The translations under genes and the position numbers were made by a program. A DNA stretch of 62,884 nt, counting the filler, from Porpidia crustulata (lineage: Eukaryota), in assembly GCA_964255105.1 (NCBI GenBank). It is 7 parts of 7 records of this genome, joined end to end, with 100 filler letters (N's around TTAATTAATTAA, not from the genome) between each part and the next. Parts side by side here need not be neighbours in the genome. Positions count along the whole stretch, not along the records: positions 18,016 to 26,917 come from CAXUWE010001030.1; positions 27,018 to 35,911 come from CAXUWE010001031.1; positions 36,012 to 44,904 come from CAXUWE010001032.1; 4 more parts are not named here. One strand, given 5' to 3'. Of the stretch, positions 26,866 through 38,434 are shown one piece after another. Numbering within the stretch: position 1 is the first letter of the stretch; each line of letters opens with the position of its first letter. The notes below the pieces were generated by a model, which searched no databases, was not told the DNA's origin, and saw only the letters and a list, made by a program, of their open reading frames with translations.

Positions 26866-26917
26866 ATGGGATTTTCCATGGATGGTGTTGGGGGGCCCGG
26901 GGGGGTTCGGTCTATAT

Positions 26918-27017
26918 NNNNNNNNNNNNNNNNNNNNNNNNNNNNNNNNNNNNNNNNNNNNTTAATTAATTAANNNNNNNNNNNNNNNNNNNNNNNNNNN
27001 NNNNNNNNNNNNNNNNN
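26918..27017. other. Artificial contig spacer
   Basis: N44-TTAATTAATTAA-N44. Confidence 0.99.
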
Positions 27018-27068
27018 CAAAAAACCCACGCAAAAGAAAAAACCCCCGGGAAAAAAATATGGACATAC

Positions 27069-29864
27069 CTTATCCGGATGCACGCGCCCGATCCCCCGCA
27101 TATACACGACCTTCACTTTCCCGGCCACGATCAGTTCCCCCATGCCCACCTTCTTCCACCCGCTGCCCTCCCACAGCACCGTCTCCAGACTCGCCAGCAG
27201 CGCCCGCAGGTTCCCTTCTTTGCCGCCTTTCCATCTGGCCACTCTCTCGCTCACTTGGTCCGAAAGCGCGAATTTCTCGTCGTCGAGACGGTCGGCTGCC
27301 GCGTTGGCGGCGCGCAGGCGTGTGACTGCTTCTGTGGAGTCGATTGCTGCTGACGATGTGTGGTTGTGGCGGTTGGAAAGATCGTCGAGCGCGGAGGCTT
27401 TGGGGGTGGGTTTTGCTGGAGGCTTTTTGGAAGCGGGTGGTCGGGGCGTAGACGTGGGTTTCGAGGGACTGCCGGCAACTTTTTCGCAGCGGTTGCGACC
27501 GGCTATGCTTGTTGCGCCGCCGACGTTGGCTTCGACGCAACTTTTCCACACGGTGGCAGCTTCGGGCCAGCGTTCGAGTTGCTCGAGGGCTTCGGCGTGA
27601 CGAGTCATGGCTTTGCCCCAAAAAGCGTTCATATCTTTTGTGCCTTCATCACCGAGATCGAGTGTTTCGGAGATGCCACGGGAGGGCCCAATGAGGTTTA
27701 GAGCCGTAGTAGCGTCGGCAATGGATGATTTGGGATCGCCTGTTTTTAGATGAGCGATGGCTCGATTTGTGAGGATTACAACGATCAGTGGGTGATTGTG
27801 AGATAAAAAGGAGAGTGCGGTAGTGTAGTGGTTCGTAGCGGCGGCGTAGTCGCCCCGTTTGAAGGCGGCTGTTCCCGAGCGGCGGCTTGTCGTTGAGTTG
27901 CGAAGAGCTAAATCGGAGACGGGGGGAATGATACGTTTCAGAGGAGGATCTCGAGTTGGAGAGGTAGCTTTGGATGCTATTCGAGGTTGTATTGATGGAG
28001 CCAATGTTGGACGTGGGGTCGGAGGCGCGAGCTTGGGAGATGCTTGCGATGAGTTAGATAGGAGATCCGGCTCTGGCGAGGGAGGCTTTGGTGTGACCTT
28101 TTTCCGCCTTGCTGGACTAATGTAGGCTCGAGAGCTTTGCTCTTCGGCAGCCTGCCGAGTGAGTTTTGTGATTGGTTCAGGAGCCCTCGAGTTCTGCAAG
28201 AATCTCGGGCTGGGAAGATCCTTGTCTCGAGGCTTCACTCTCACCGCAGGAGATGGCTCCCTTGAGGAGTCAGTGCTCCAAGCCGGCACGTCTTGTCTTG
28301 CTCGTCCCGTAGGCCTACGTGGTACCGGACGAGCATCCTGTGACTCCAACATCAGAGCCTCGTCTGTCACAATTGGGGCTTCGGCTATGGGTATTGTCCG
28401 ATGTTGCGGGTTTACTATTGCCTTTTGCTGATCGTTGACCTCTCTATCTGATAATAGGCCTGACGTTTTCCGACCAGTCGATTCGACGGAGGCGTCCCTC
28501 ATCCATTTCGGCTGGGTGGAGTCACTGTCAGAGTTGAGCTCAGACACCGCTTGATTCAGTTTCTTAGTACCAGTCTTCCACAAAGAGTTGGCAGTCTTAA
28601 AAAAATGACTGCCAAGTTCTGCAGCTATCTTTGCTGGATCTTTGTCGCCACTTGCCGGAGATCGACTGTCCTGACGAAGTTTTGCAGCATCTGTCTGGCT
28701 TTGCCCTCGCATCCAAGCTGGAACGGGGGCTTCTGTATTTGGCTCGCCACTACGTCTACGGCTTTCCCTTGGCGGCTCTGTCGTCGATTCGTGGCTTTGA
28801 CTGATTTGTTTACGCTGTGTTCGGGTCTTTTGCTGTGACTCCTTGTGAGCTTGGCTTAGCAACCAACCAACGGCAGCCTGAACATCTGTGCCGGACTCGG
28901 TGCTCCTTAGGGCTTCTCTTGATTTTTCCGGGGGAAACCCCATGTCCATCAATTCCGCAAGTGCATGATATTTAGAGCTTGAGGTGTCGGAACCTCTTTG
29001 TTTTTGAGATGCCTCGGGAGATGACTGCTTCTGGGCAAATTCTGACACTGGTCGTGCGAGAAGCCCAAGTACATCGTCGTCATCAGGGACCACGGTTTCG
29101 CTTTTTTGAAGAGGTCTTAAATCAGGACCCGCCCCAAGTCCGAAGTCATCGTTGTTATTGTCCTCTGTTGGAATTCCGTAGGTCCCATTCGAGCCTTCTA
29201 ATGTTCCATTTCCTAGAATGTCTTTGTTGATGCGGAGTAAATCGTCGTCTCTCGTATGTCTGGTAGGCGCTGACAAATGACTGGAGCTATCAACAGGCGC
29301 AGAAGCATTAAAAGCTGATAGTAGATCTACTTCATTGTCGACGGGTCTTGTAGGTGGCGAGATTGGAGAGGCTCGATCTATATTGGCAAAGGGTTTATTG
29401 ATCGCTCTGGATAACTTGTGTCCTCCATACTCATTTGTTGCGGCATATGAAGGTGGAGATGTAACGCGCCCAGACGTTGATAACCCATTATCCAACTTGT
29501 CCCAGATATCTCCATCCACACCAAAGCTTGCATTTTCAGGTCGCTTTTGATTTCCAGGCTCTTGTTTCCGTTGTTCTTGCAGCAAACGTTGCTGATCTTG
29601 AAGAGAGATTTTTTTGGTCATTTGCGCTGCATTGAAGCTGACCAGGTTGGCGAAGCTATCACTAGCTTGCGCAGAGTTATTGCGGTGATAAGCTAGGTCA
29701 CCTCCAGGTTTGGAGGTGCTCGTCAAGGGAGCTACAGGTGTAGATACTCCTGAGGAGAAGGGCGTGGGTCTGAGAACAGAGTACGAAGAGCCGAGTGGGG
29801 GAGGTTTCTGGGCTGTAGCTGCTTGGCTGGAATCCGTCCACTCTAGACCCGAAAGATCGTCCAT
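27069..29864 (-). CDS. SWA2: Auxilin-like clathrin-uncoating factor (UBA + TPR + J domain); last exon(s) lost at the contig end
   Basis: UBA (LAELMDMGFPPEKSREAL..DVQAAVGWLL), TPR (GTAAFKRGDYAAATNHYTTAL..NRAIAHLKTG) and J-like end (WKGGKEGNLRALLASL..VHPDK), followed by a GTATGT donor. Confidence 0.9.
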
Positions 29865-31070
29865 TTGAGTGGGAGTTTTGCGGTAGGCATGGAATAGTAT
29901 GAGCTTGCATGACCTCGGCTTTCAGGGCATATGAAATGGATGTGTTTCAGAAGGCCCGCGACATACGGTATGAATCAGCCCCCGTGCAGTCAGAATTCCA
30001 TAGTTCCGTTACTCTGATCGTATGGCTTTTTGCCTAGGGAAATGCCGTTGAGCCTCATGTTCCCAAGCCAAGCCACAGCCGCCACAACTCTAATTAATTA
30101 CACCCCGAGGATAATGCAGAGTCCCTCGTCTTCGCAGCTAAACTCCATGATAAGATAAAGGAAACTATGATAAGCTTCGGATCAAATCATTCTTCCTGTG
30201 ATGGTCTTTGCTATTAGAGACTCCATGCTCTCTAGGTTGATATGAAAACTCACGGCCTAGGCGGACCTTTCGAAGATTTCAGAGCTTGTAGGGAGGTTCA
30301 AGGACCCCGACCAAGAGAAAAATGAACGCGCCCGGCCCCCTCAACCATCAAGAAATAACTATAGACAAGGGATGATTGCCGGAAGGGTACGGGTTCGCGG
30401 AGTGCGCAACAAATCAGTCCGTCCCTTGGCTTTTTGGCTAAGCAGAACCCTAATTCCAAATTCCAAAAAGAGCTATTACTACCCGCTTGCCGCGGGAGTA
30501 AGGGTATCCTTGAGATCCCTTCGGCGAATTTCCTCAAATGTCCCATCAGGGGCTGTCAATGACCGCCCAGTACGTCAAATTCACCATCAGGAGATGTTAC
30601 AGTGTCAAAGGATGCAGAGCGCCTGGCGCCACATGGCAACCTTAGCAGAATAACAGTCAAATTCATGTTGCTACCTGTGGTGTGCGAATGTCCGCAATAT
30701 ATGTTCTCCTTTAGATCAGCCGAACAAGTAAATCTCTTGAGGACATAGGGAATAGCTCCACTAGAGCAATATGTAGTAGGTGAATGTAGGTTGTTGCTGT
30801 TCCCCTGCAGCATGCATATCCACAGTTGGCCTTTTCTTTCTCAATTAGTCTTGATAAATATATGCCTCGTTGCCTAAAAATTGGTGGTTGTATATTCGAA
30901 GGCGAAGAGTAGTTGTTGACAACGTTTGGCTGCGGATTTGAGCGCTTCAAAGATGCCGGATCTAGACCTTCGCAACGATGGCCTTTCTCCACGGCTTGCC
31001 CCGTCTTATCTGCTTTAAGGTCGCGGGCAAAACGGGGATTGATCTCCCCGTGCCGTCGAAGCTTTCAGCA

Positions 31071-31124
31071 TGGCGTGGTTGGCGTGGTTGGCGTGGTTGG
31101 CGTGGTTCGGCGTGGTTTGGCGTG
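31071..31124 (+). repeat. 9-bp tandem repeat (TGGCGTGGT) x4 perfect plus about 2 degenerate copies
   Basis: tggcgtggttggcgtggttggcgtggttggcgtggttcggcgtggtttggcgtg. Confidence 0.9.
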
Positions 31125-31495
31125 ATGGGAACAATCCCTCTGCCTCGGACTGGGGATTAGCAGTTGAAACTACATCCCTGTAGCTTTGGCCCTCTGTAAA
31201 GTACCTTGCATAAACTCATTTCAGGGCGTCTGGATGTCGGCCGCCCCTCTTTGGGCGTTGACGCTTTGAGGATGAGGAAACTCCAACCCAAGGATTTCTT
31301 TCGCTCGAATCGGACATCACATGATCCAGTGAAGTCTCTTTCACAGCACCCACATTACCTATTCACAGCGATGACAGTAAATCATTAATCCATGCCGTAT
31401 CACCATTCTTCGGACCTTCAGAATTCGCATCGTGAAGTTGTTCTGACCATATTTCGTTGATCCTCGGCTACGACTGGTCGCTTGACTTTTTGACC

Positions 31496-33117
31496 ATGGG
31501 TTTGTTCAGACGCAACAATTCAAGCAAGGTATTTGAGACCACTTCGAACGGCAAAAACAAATCGAGCAACTCGCTGAAGTCTCCAACGATTCAAAAATCT
31601 GTCAATGGTTTCGCTTTCAATTCACCATCAATGCCGGACATTACCCTTCCAAGCCCTCCTGATCCGAGTCTCGATCCAGCTGCATACCTGCGAAGCATTT
31701 ACGCAGTGAGAGCGCGTTCGAGAATCATATTCGAACAAGCAAGGAGAAACCGATTGGCCCACTTTGACGTTGATGCTACCAAATTTGGAGAAACTACAAA
31801 CTATGTGGTTTCGATCATCAAGGTATGGAACCTCGGCGTTTGCACCATGCATGCAGCAACTTTGCTGATCAAAGTCCATGTTCCACAGCGAGATTACGCT
31901 CCAGACTTCCACCAAATTCCACCCCACGGACGTTGGCAACATTTCGAGGCTGGGGGAAGACCCAGAGTGGATCAACTACTTGCATCGTGGCCGTCATCGG
32001 TCGACAGCCAAGAACGGACTCGCCGTTTAATTGACCTTTTCCTAGTGTCTGTTCTCCTCGATGCCGGTGCAGGGACACGATGGTCTTACAAATCCAAGGA
32101 ATCAGGGAAAATTTACCGCCGCAGTGAGGGTCTGGCCGTCGCTAGCCTGGAGATGTTCAAGGCCGGATATTTCAGCAGTGAATCGCTAGAACCTTGTCAG
32201 GTTGATAGTGTAGGATTGAAACGATTGAGTGTACAACAACTAGCGAGAGGGCTACAGGTATCCGAGATCAATCCCATCTCCGGTCTAGAAGGTAGAGCTG
32301 GGCTTCTGTCCAGGCTGGGGGATGCAATGACAAATGCTACCCTATTCGGTAAAGATGGGAGACCGGGCAATATGCTTGACTATCTTCTCTCTCATCCGTC
32401 AACCCAAGCCGCATCTGTCCCAATAGTGACACTTCCGACTCTTTGGTCCGTTCTCATCAATGGCCTTGCAAGTATTTGGCCGGAATCTCGGACTCAAATC
32501 AACGGTGTTTCGCTCGGAGATGCCTGGCCCTGTTCGTCTATGCCTGACTCGCCTCCCGCACAAGTATGGGAGAATATTGTCCCATTCCACAAACTAACCC
32601 AATGGCTTTGCTATTCTCTCATGGTCCCCATGACTAAACTTCTGCAAATCCAATTCGCTGGGGCTGAGCTTCTTACAGGGCTACCAGAATATAGAAATGG
32701 AGGCTTGTTGATAGATACTGGACTGTTGACGCTGAAGAGTAAAGATTCGGAAAGAGGGCTTGCGAACTTCCGGGAAAATGCCCTGCAAAAAGGACAGCCG
32801 AGTATGGAAGTTGTACCCTTGTTCTCGACAGAAGACGACGTGATTGTCGAGTGGCGCGCCGTCACTGTTGGCTTTTTGGACGAGTTACTCGTTGAGGTCA
32901 ATCGTGCTCTTGGTCTACAGGGATCTGATCGATTAACTCTAGCCCAGATGCTAGAAGCGGGGACTTGGAAAGTAAGTCAACTCATGAAAACACGTATGAT
33001 ACGGAGGTGAGATCGATTGCTGACATGGCCTAGGGTGGACGAGAATTGGCAGAGGTCTCAAGGCCAAACACCAAAGAACCACCCATAATGATCATGTCTG
33101 ATGGCACAGTATTTTGA
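31496..33117 (+). CDS. URC4: Urg3/Urc4-family (DUF1688) protein; exons 31496-31822, 31889-32971, 33034-33117
   Basis: IPPHGRWQHF, DLFLVSVLLDAGAG, RSEGLAVASL, PFHKLTQWLCYSL, LTGLPEYRNGGL, LEAGTWK|GGRE and C-terminal SDGTVF*. Confidence 0.9.
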
Positions 33118-33818
33118 GGTTTTGATATGTTTAGTTTCATGATACCAATTTCTTAGGGACGGGATAGGGCAGCACCTGGATGGACTTCTACCTGCTAGGC
33201 TCATGGTTTCATTTCTGTAGGCATTGATCAAAGGGAGGATTGATATCGGAAAGGATGACCATTTCGGTCGCAAGACAAGGCAGTGCCTTGACTATTCTCT
33301 AGCAGCTGGGCTCCTACACAGAGTTGTAGTATGGAGCATGAAGATATTCCCTGTCTGCGGCAAAGGCTGAAAATATGCGAACTATTTCACAGCTGTTCGT
33401 CAGCTACAGGTGCTCACTCAAGATCTCTAGTCTTGCATGCGTTTCGCTCGAAGAAATCTCGCTGTCTCCTTCAGAAATGTAACGAAAACAGAGACCACAG
33501 GTAGGTCTTGATTTCTCCCAATTTATTCTGCAAAATAACAGTATCCACTTTTGAATCTTCCCCCTTGTCTCTCTTGTTCTACCCGCAGAGCCTCTTACGT
33601 AGCGTGACAGGGGTGTTCATCTCCCACGGCCTGCCTCCGCTAGACGAACCTGCGTATAAGACATATCTCATGACATCCAAATCTCAGCAATTTTAATTGG
33701 ATGTATAACCTAGAATGAAGGTATAAGATTCGACTATGCGACCAGATCTGATGTATTCTAAAGCTCCTCAGCTTGACGCAAACTGGTAACCGTCCAACAA
33801 GCGAGCAACTTTGCGACC

Positions 33819-34969
33819 ATGGACAGCTCGAAATTCAAGGAAAAGAAGAAAAAGGTTCTGTTAATGGGCAAGAGTGGCTCCGGCAAATCTTCAATGCGAA
33901 ACATCATATTCAGCAACTATGTCGCAAAAGATGTTCGGCGGCTGGGAGCAACAATTGATGTCGAGTTCAGTCGGATCAAATTCCTAGGTAACCTGCTTCT
34001 CAACTTATGGGACTGTGGTGGGTGAGTTGCCATTGCCTACTGCCGTGAGATTTTATATACATTAATGCCTATCGCTGGAAAAGGCAGGATGCTTTCACAG
34101 AAAACTACCTTACGAACCAGAAATCATATATCTTCACAGATGTGGGCGTCCTCATCTATGTCTTCGATGTCGAATCCTTGGAATTTGATGGGAAAGGGGG
34201 CCGTAATGACCGAGATCTCGTTACGTATTCCGCGGTAATCAAAGCTTTGGAAGAACTCTCTCCACGTGCCCACGTGTTCAGTCTAGTGCATAAAATGGAT
34301 TTGGTTAAAGATGAACTTCGAGATCGGGTGCTCCAAGCCAAAGCCGCCGCCATACGAGCGAGAAGCGAAAGCTTTCAAAGTACAGTCCGCACTTATGGAA
34401 CCAGCATATGGGACCAGACGCTGTATAAAGCATGGGGAAACATAGTGCACAGCCTAGTACCGAATCTCGATGTCATTGAGGGCTATCTTGAACATCTCGC
34501 AGACATGACAGAAGCCGAAGAGGTGGTACTGTTTGAGCGGACGACTTTTCTGACAGTGACTTCAGTCACGTCCAAGGTCGGGGAACGGAATACGTACAGC
34601 GACCGATATGAGCGGCTATCTAATGTTATCAAGACGTTCAAGAATTCTCTTTCGTGAGTTATTCTCTGTTGAATGTTCTCTATCTTTGCATCTAACTAAT
34701 TGCGCCCAAATCTCTACAGGAGCTTCTCCAATTCTCCAGTATCTTCCCATCAGTTCATCGAGTTTACGATCAAGACACCTCGCTTTAATCTCATCATCGC
34801 TCGGCTCACAACCAACACTTACGTTCTCATCGTTCTTCCGCCTGGAGAAGCTGAGCTGGAATGCACCAGATTGAACGTTCTTGCGGCTAAAGACGAATTC
34901 TCCAAATTGGACGGTATTGCCGAATTCAGATATCGCGAAGATCAAGATGGGATGAACGGAAATGGTTAG
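33819..34969 (+). CDS. GTR1: Rag-family GTPase Gtr1/RagA; exons 33819-34021, 34084-34653, 34720-34969
   Basis: [61 protein letters not shown] and LFERTTFL. Confidence 0.96.
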
Positions 34970-35391
34970 AGAACTGTGCATTACTTGAGAGGAGCATTCG
35001 TTGATGCTTGAGGGTTAACACATGATGTCCTCGTATACCACAGCGTTGGAGTTGAGGTCATCTGAGCAATTTTCTTTGGATTCGGCGTGCAAATTGTAAA
35101 AAGTACAAAGAGTAGGCTTGGGCGTGTGAACTATGGGCCTCGGGAGTTTCATGTTCATCATTGATACTAAGAACCCTGATTACCTCGATTGTTTGTAGGA
35201 CTGGGCGATTGCGGACAATATGAATCTGTCCAGCGCCATGCCTAATTGGGAGGAGGGCCCTCGGCCCGACGTGGGTTGGTGGGGTAAGTCCGGTCTGGTA
35301 AATCTCCATTCGCACTCTAGATACACTCAAGACTGCTCTTCGACAGTATGCTACCATATCATGATATATACCTATCAGTCCATCCGTTAAT

Positions 35392-35911
35392 ATGTATCCC
35401 CAATCTCAAGGCTCGAACATCGATCTCGAGGCCCTCAGTGGCATCTGTGGGTAAATACCCCCTTAATCAACTCTCAATGACCACCCCACTGACAACATCC
35501 TCTCCATATCAGATCCATCTCCATCGCCTGCTGGATCGTAGTCTTCTCCCCACAGATCCTCGAGAACTTCCGCCGCTCTTCTGCAGATGGCCTTTCTGTA
35601 TTTTTCATCATGGTCTGGCTCTCCGGCGACGTCTGTAACATCCTTGGCGCCGTCCTGCAAGGCGTTCTACCAACAATGACCATCCTGGCTGTCTACTACG
35701 CCTTTGCAGACACCGTTCTCCTATCCCAATGCTTTTACTATCGGGGCTTCAGATTCTCGTACGCGCCCACTAAAAGATCTTCTTTAGTGAACGAAGACGG
35801 CGACGAAGCGACAGATGAATCCCCCCTCATCTACCGTGAACTCACCCCTCCCACGCAACCTACAGACGTCTCAAGACGAAAATCCACTTCCTCATCCCAT
35901 TCACAAAGATC
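35392..35911 (+). CDS. PQ-loop vacuolar cationic amino-acid transporter (Ypq/PQLC2-like); exons 35392-35450, 35513->35911; truncated
   Basis: EALSGICG|SISIACWIVVFSPQILENFRRSSADGLS...WLSGDVCNILGAVLQGVLPTM. Confidence 0.88.
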
Positions 35912-36011
35912 NNNNNNNNNNNNNNNNNNNNNNNNNNNNNNNNNNNNNNNNNNNNTTAATTAATTAANNNNNNNNNNNNNNNNNNNNNNNNNNNNNNNNN
36001 NNNNNNNNNNN
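35912..36011. other. Artificial contig spacer
   Basis: N44-TTAATTAATTAA-N44. Confidence 0.99.
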
Positions 36012-38434
36012 TGAAAAAGTTACAAATTGTAGTTGTGTTATGTACATATTGGCTGATAAAAGAATTGTACCTTTTAGCAACGTTGCTAGCCTGTCGTTCA
36101 TTGTCTTATAATATGATGGCTTGAGCATTTCGCAAGCTGTCTCAAAATTCATCCAAATTAAGCTTGCGGACACAGCTCTTTATTACAAAAGGGACAGCGG
36201 TATTTCAAAATACAGATTCCAAGCATGCATACGCGAGAAATAGAATATGAAGATACAAACCGACTAATGGTTGGAGACCGCTGTAAGTACTAAGCGCCCC
36301 TTTTTATATCAGGCACAGATTTATGCTGCCTTCGTCGACGTCAAGGTTAATCTTTTTTCTAGAAGATGGGCCTCAGAAGGTTCTCGATTTCTCAGCTTTC
36401 GGACACAGTTTGAAAATGTGGAGCTTCGATCAAGCGGCCCGCCAGTGACGACACAGTCTTGGATCCTATACTTCAAGTTGAAAGTTAAATTACATATCAT
36501 CCTAGATAGGATGTAATATTTGACACTCATACGCCAAAGACGGCTTTGGCGAAAAGGCCAATGACCGCCAAGTCAGGTGTCCGCCGCCATGATTGGATAC
36601 ATTGATTTCATTCGTCGTTATTCAGGGATCTCTGTGCACCGCCACTTTTCCGGCTCGGGCGTATAAAATGGAGGCGGCAGGTCGAGCCACCTTGAAAGGT
36701 AGACGAACAGAGATCTCTCAATCAGCCTACTACTCCCATTAACATTCGCGCAACAATCAGCCTGAGTTCGCCGTTCAGAGAGATTGGCTACCGAGTCTGG
36801 TCTTTCTCGGCTATGGCCATTCTGTTTGGTCTCAACGAAATTGAAGTCTTTCAGATTCAACCCCGTCATATCGTCGACTCCATTTTCGAGATCAGAGATC
36901 GCCTGAAGAAATATGCTAAATCTCTCGGTGCTAGATATATGACAGAAAGCCTGACTGATCTAACGTAGGTCTTCTACAAGAGGCGCTTGCTTGCTGAGAA
37001 TTCGTCTCTCTAACAAAGAAAATTGTTTTCGAAGAAACCAAATCGACCAGATAACTTGACAAGCACAGCACATTCTCGAGACTATCTGCGCAAAATCAGT
37101 TGTGACTAAGAGAATCACTTGACGCTACGTATAAATAGAACAGAAAGGATAAGGTAGGAGAGAGAGGGACCATATTAATAAAATGCTAGTGCAACTGCAG
37201 CCTAGCTATCTTCATCAAAGGTGTGCCGTACGACGTCTATCGGACTATCAACGTCGCTGTAGGCCCAATAGAAAGTGGGAGATATTATCATAACAGATTG
37301 ATAAGCAGAAGTCACTGTTGATTTATATCCCAATTCTCTTTGCAAAACCAACATAGGCCTTTTGTGAAGTCCGAATAACAGACCCTGAAGCATTCGAGTA
37401 CCCTTTCATGGTAGATGATCCATTATGTAAATATTGTGCTCCATAGTAGGCCTTCAAGTGGCACAAGCCTTCCGATAGAACACAAAAGGATGACAGCGAG
37501 TCATAGTTCAGAGAAAGCCAGCGTTGAAGAGCGCAGGTACGTAATGTTTTCCGGATCATTATAGGGCCCAATGGAACTATTTTTATGATGTTTGATTTCC
37601 CCCTGATGAAGTCGACAAGGATCTCAAGCGACATGTATCGAGCATTGATTCGTATCTCGAAATAGCTTCAGGAGGAGCAAGCCAAAAGGTGCATGAATAT
37701 TGAACATGACAGACGGTGAAATTCAAAACCTTTGTAACTGTACATTATCTTCAGCTAACGCTCCATCATATCTAGGGCTTTGGTCGATCGTCGTGTGATA
37801 GGTCGCCTTGCTTTCTGCGTGTACAGAGCGCAGAAACCCCATTTGAATTGTGAATAGATGAAGAAATGAGGACACAGAACAGACAAAAGAAAATACTTGT
37901 CTCATTTTAATTCAAGAGTTCTATTCGATGTAGATGAAAAAGCTTCACAGGTTGAGAACTCGAGGAAATAACAATCGAAACCTCGAATATCATAATGAAC
38001 ATTGTATTGAAGATTAATTGCTCGTAATAGATTAGCTTCGTACTGGTACTGTTATGTTAACATTATTCGGGTGCTCAGCCTTTCCAAGACAGCACTCTGG
38101 ATATGCGGTCATTGAGGTGTCCCGGGTTTACCATTCGTCGCAGTTGGGTCAACACGTCTTGTCAGGTGCTGAGAACGACAAGCTCGACAATTTCCAAGGT
38201 CTTGTGAGACGGTAAAGTACAATCGGGACTGGCGCTCAGGGTGCAGTATCATTTCAATACCGGATTTCTTAGCGTCAGTATTTTATCGTGACGTCACGTC
38301 ACAGCTATTGAAGTTGACAAACATTGCATCACTGCTCCGTATCGTACTTGGTTCTTGCAACGCCCCCAAAACATTCCTCAACAATTATTCAAGCTACTAC
38401 CGGAAGACGAAGAAATTCATTCTAATAAGGAAAA

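Noticed and set aside
30423..30443. CCCTTGGCTTTTTGGCTAAG resembles U2 snRNA stem-loop I
   Set aside because: It is not followed by the invariant ATCAAGTGTAGTA branch-pairing sequence.
31823..31888. In-frame stop-free introns in URC4 (66 nt), the GST (56754-56804, 51 nt) and the UPF0643-like gene (59847-59900, 54 nt)
   Set aside because: They are of ordinary intron length, where 3n and no stop are common by chance, and they interrupt conserved motifs. Unlike the 159-nt PLD intron, nothing suggests retention.
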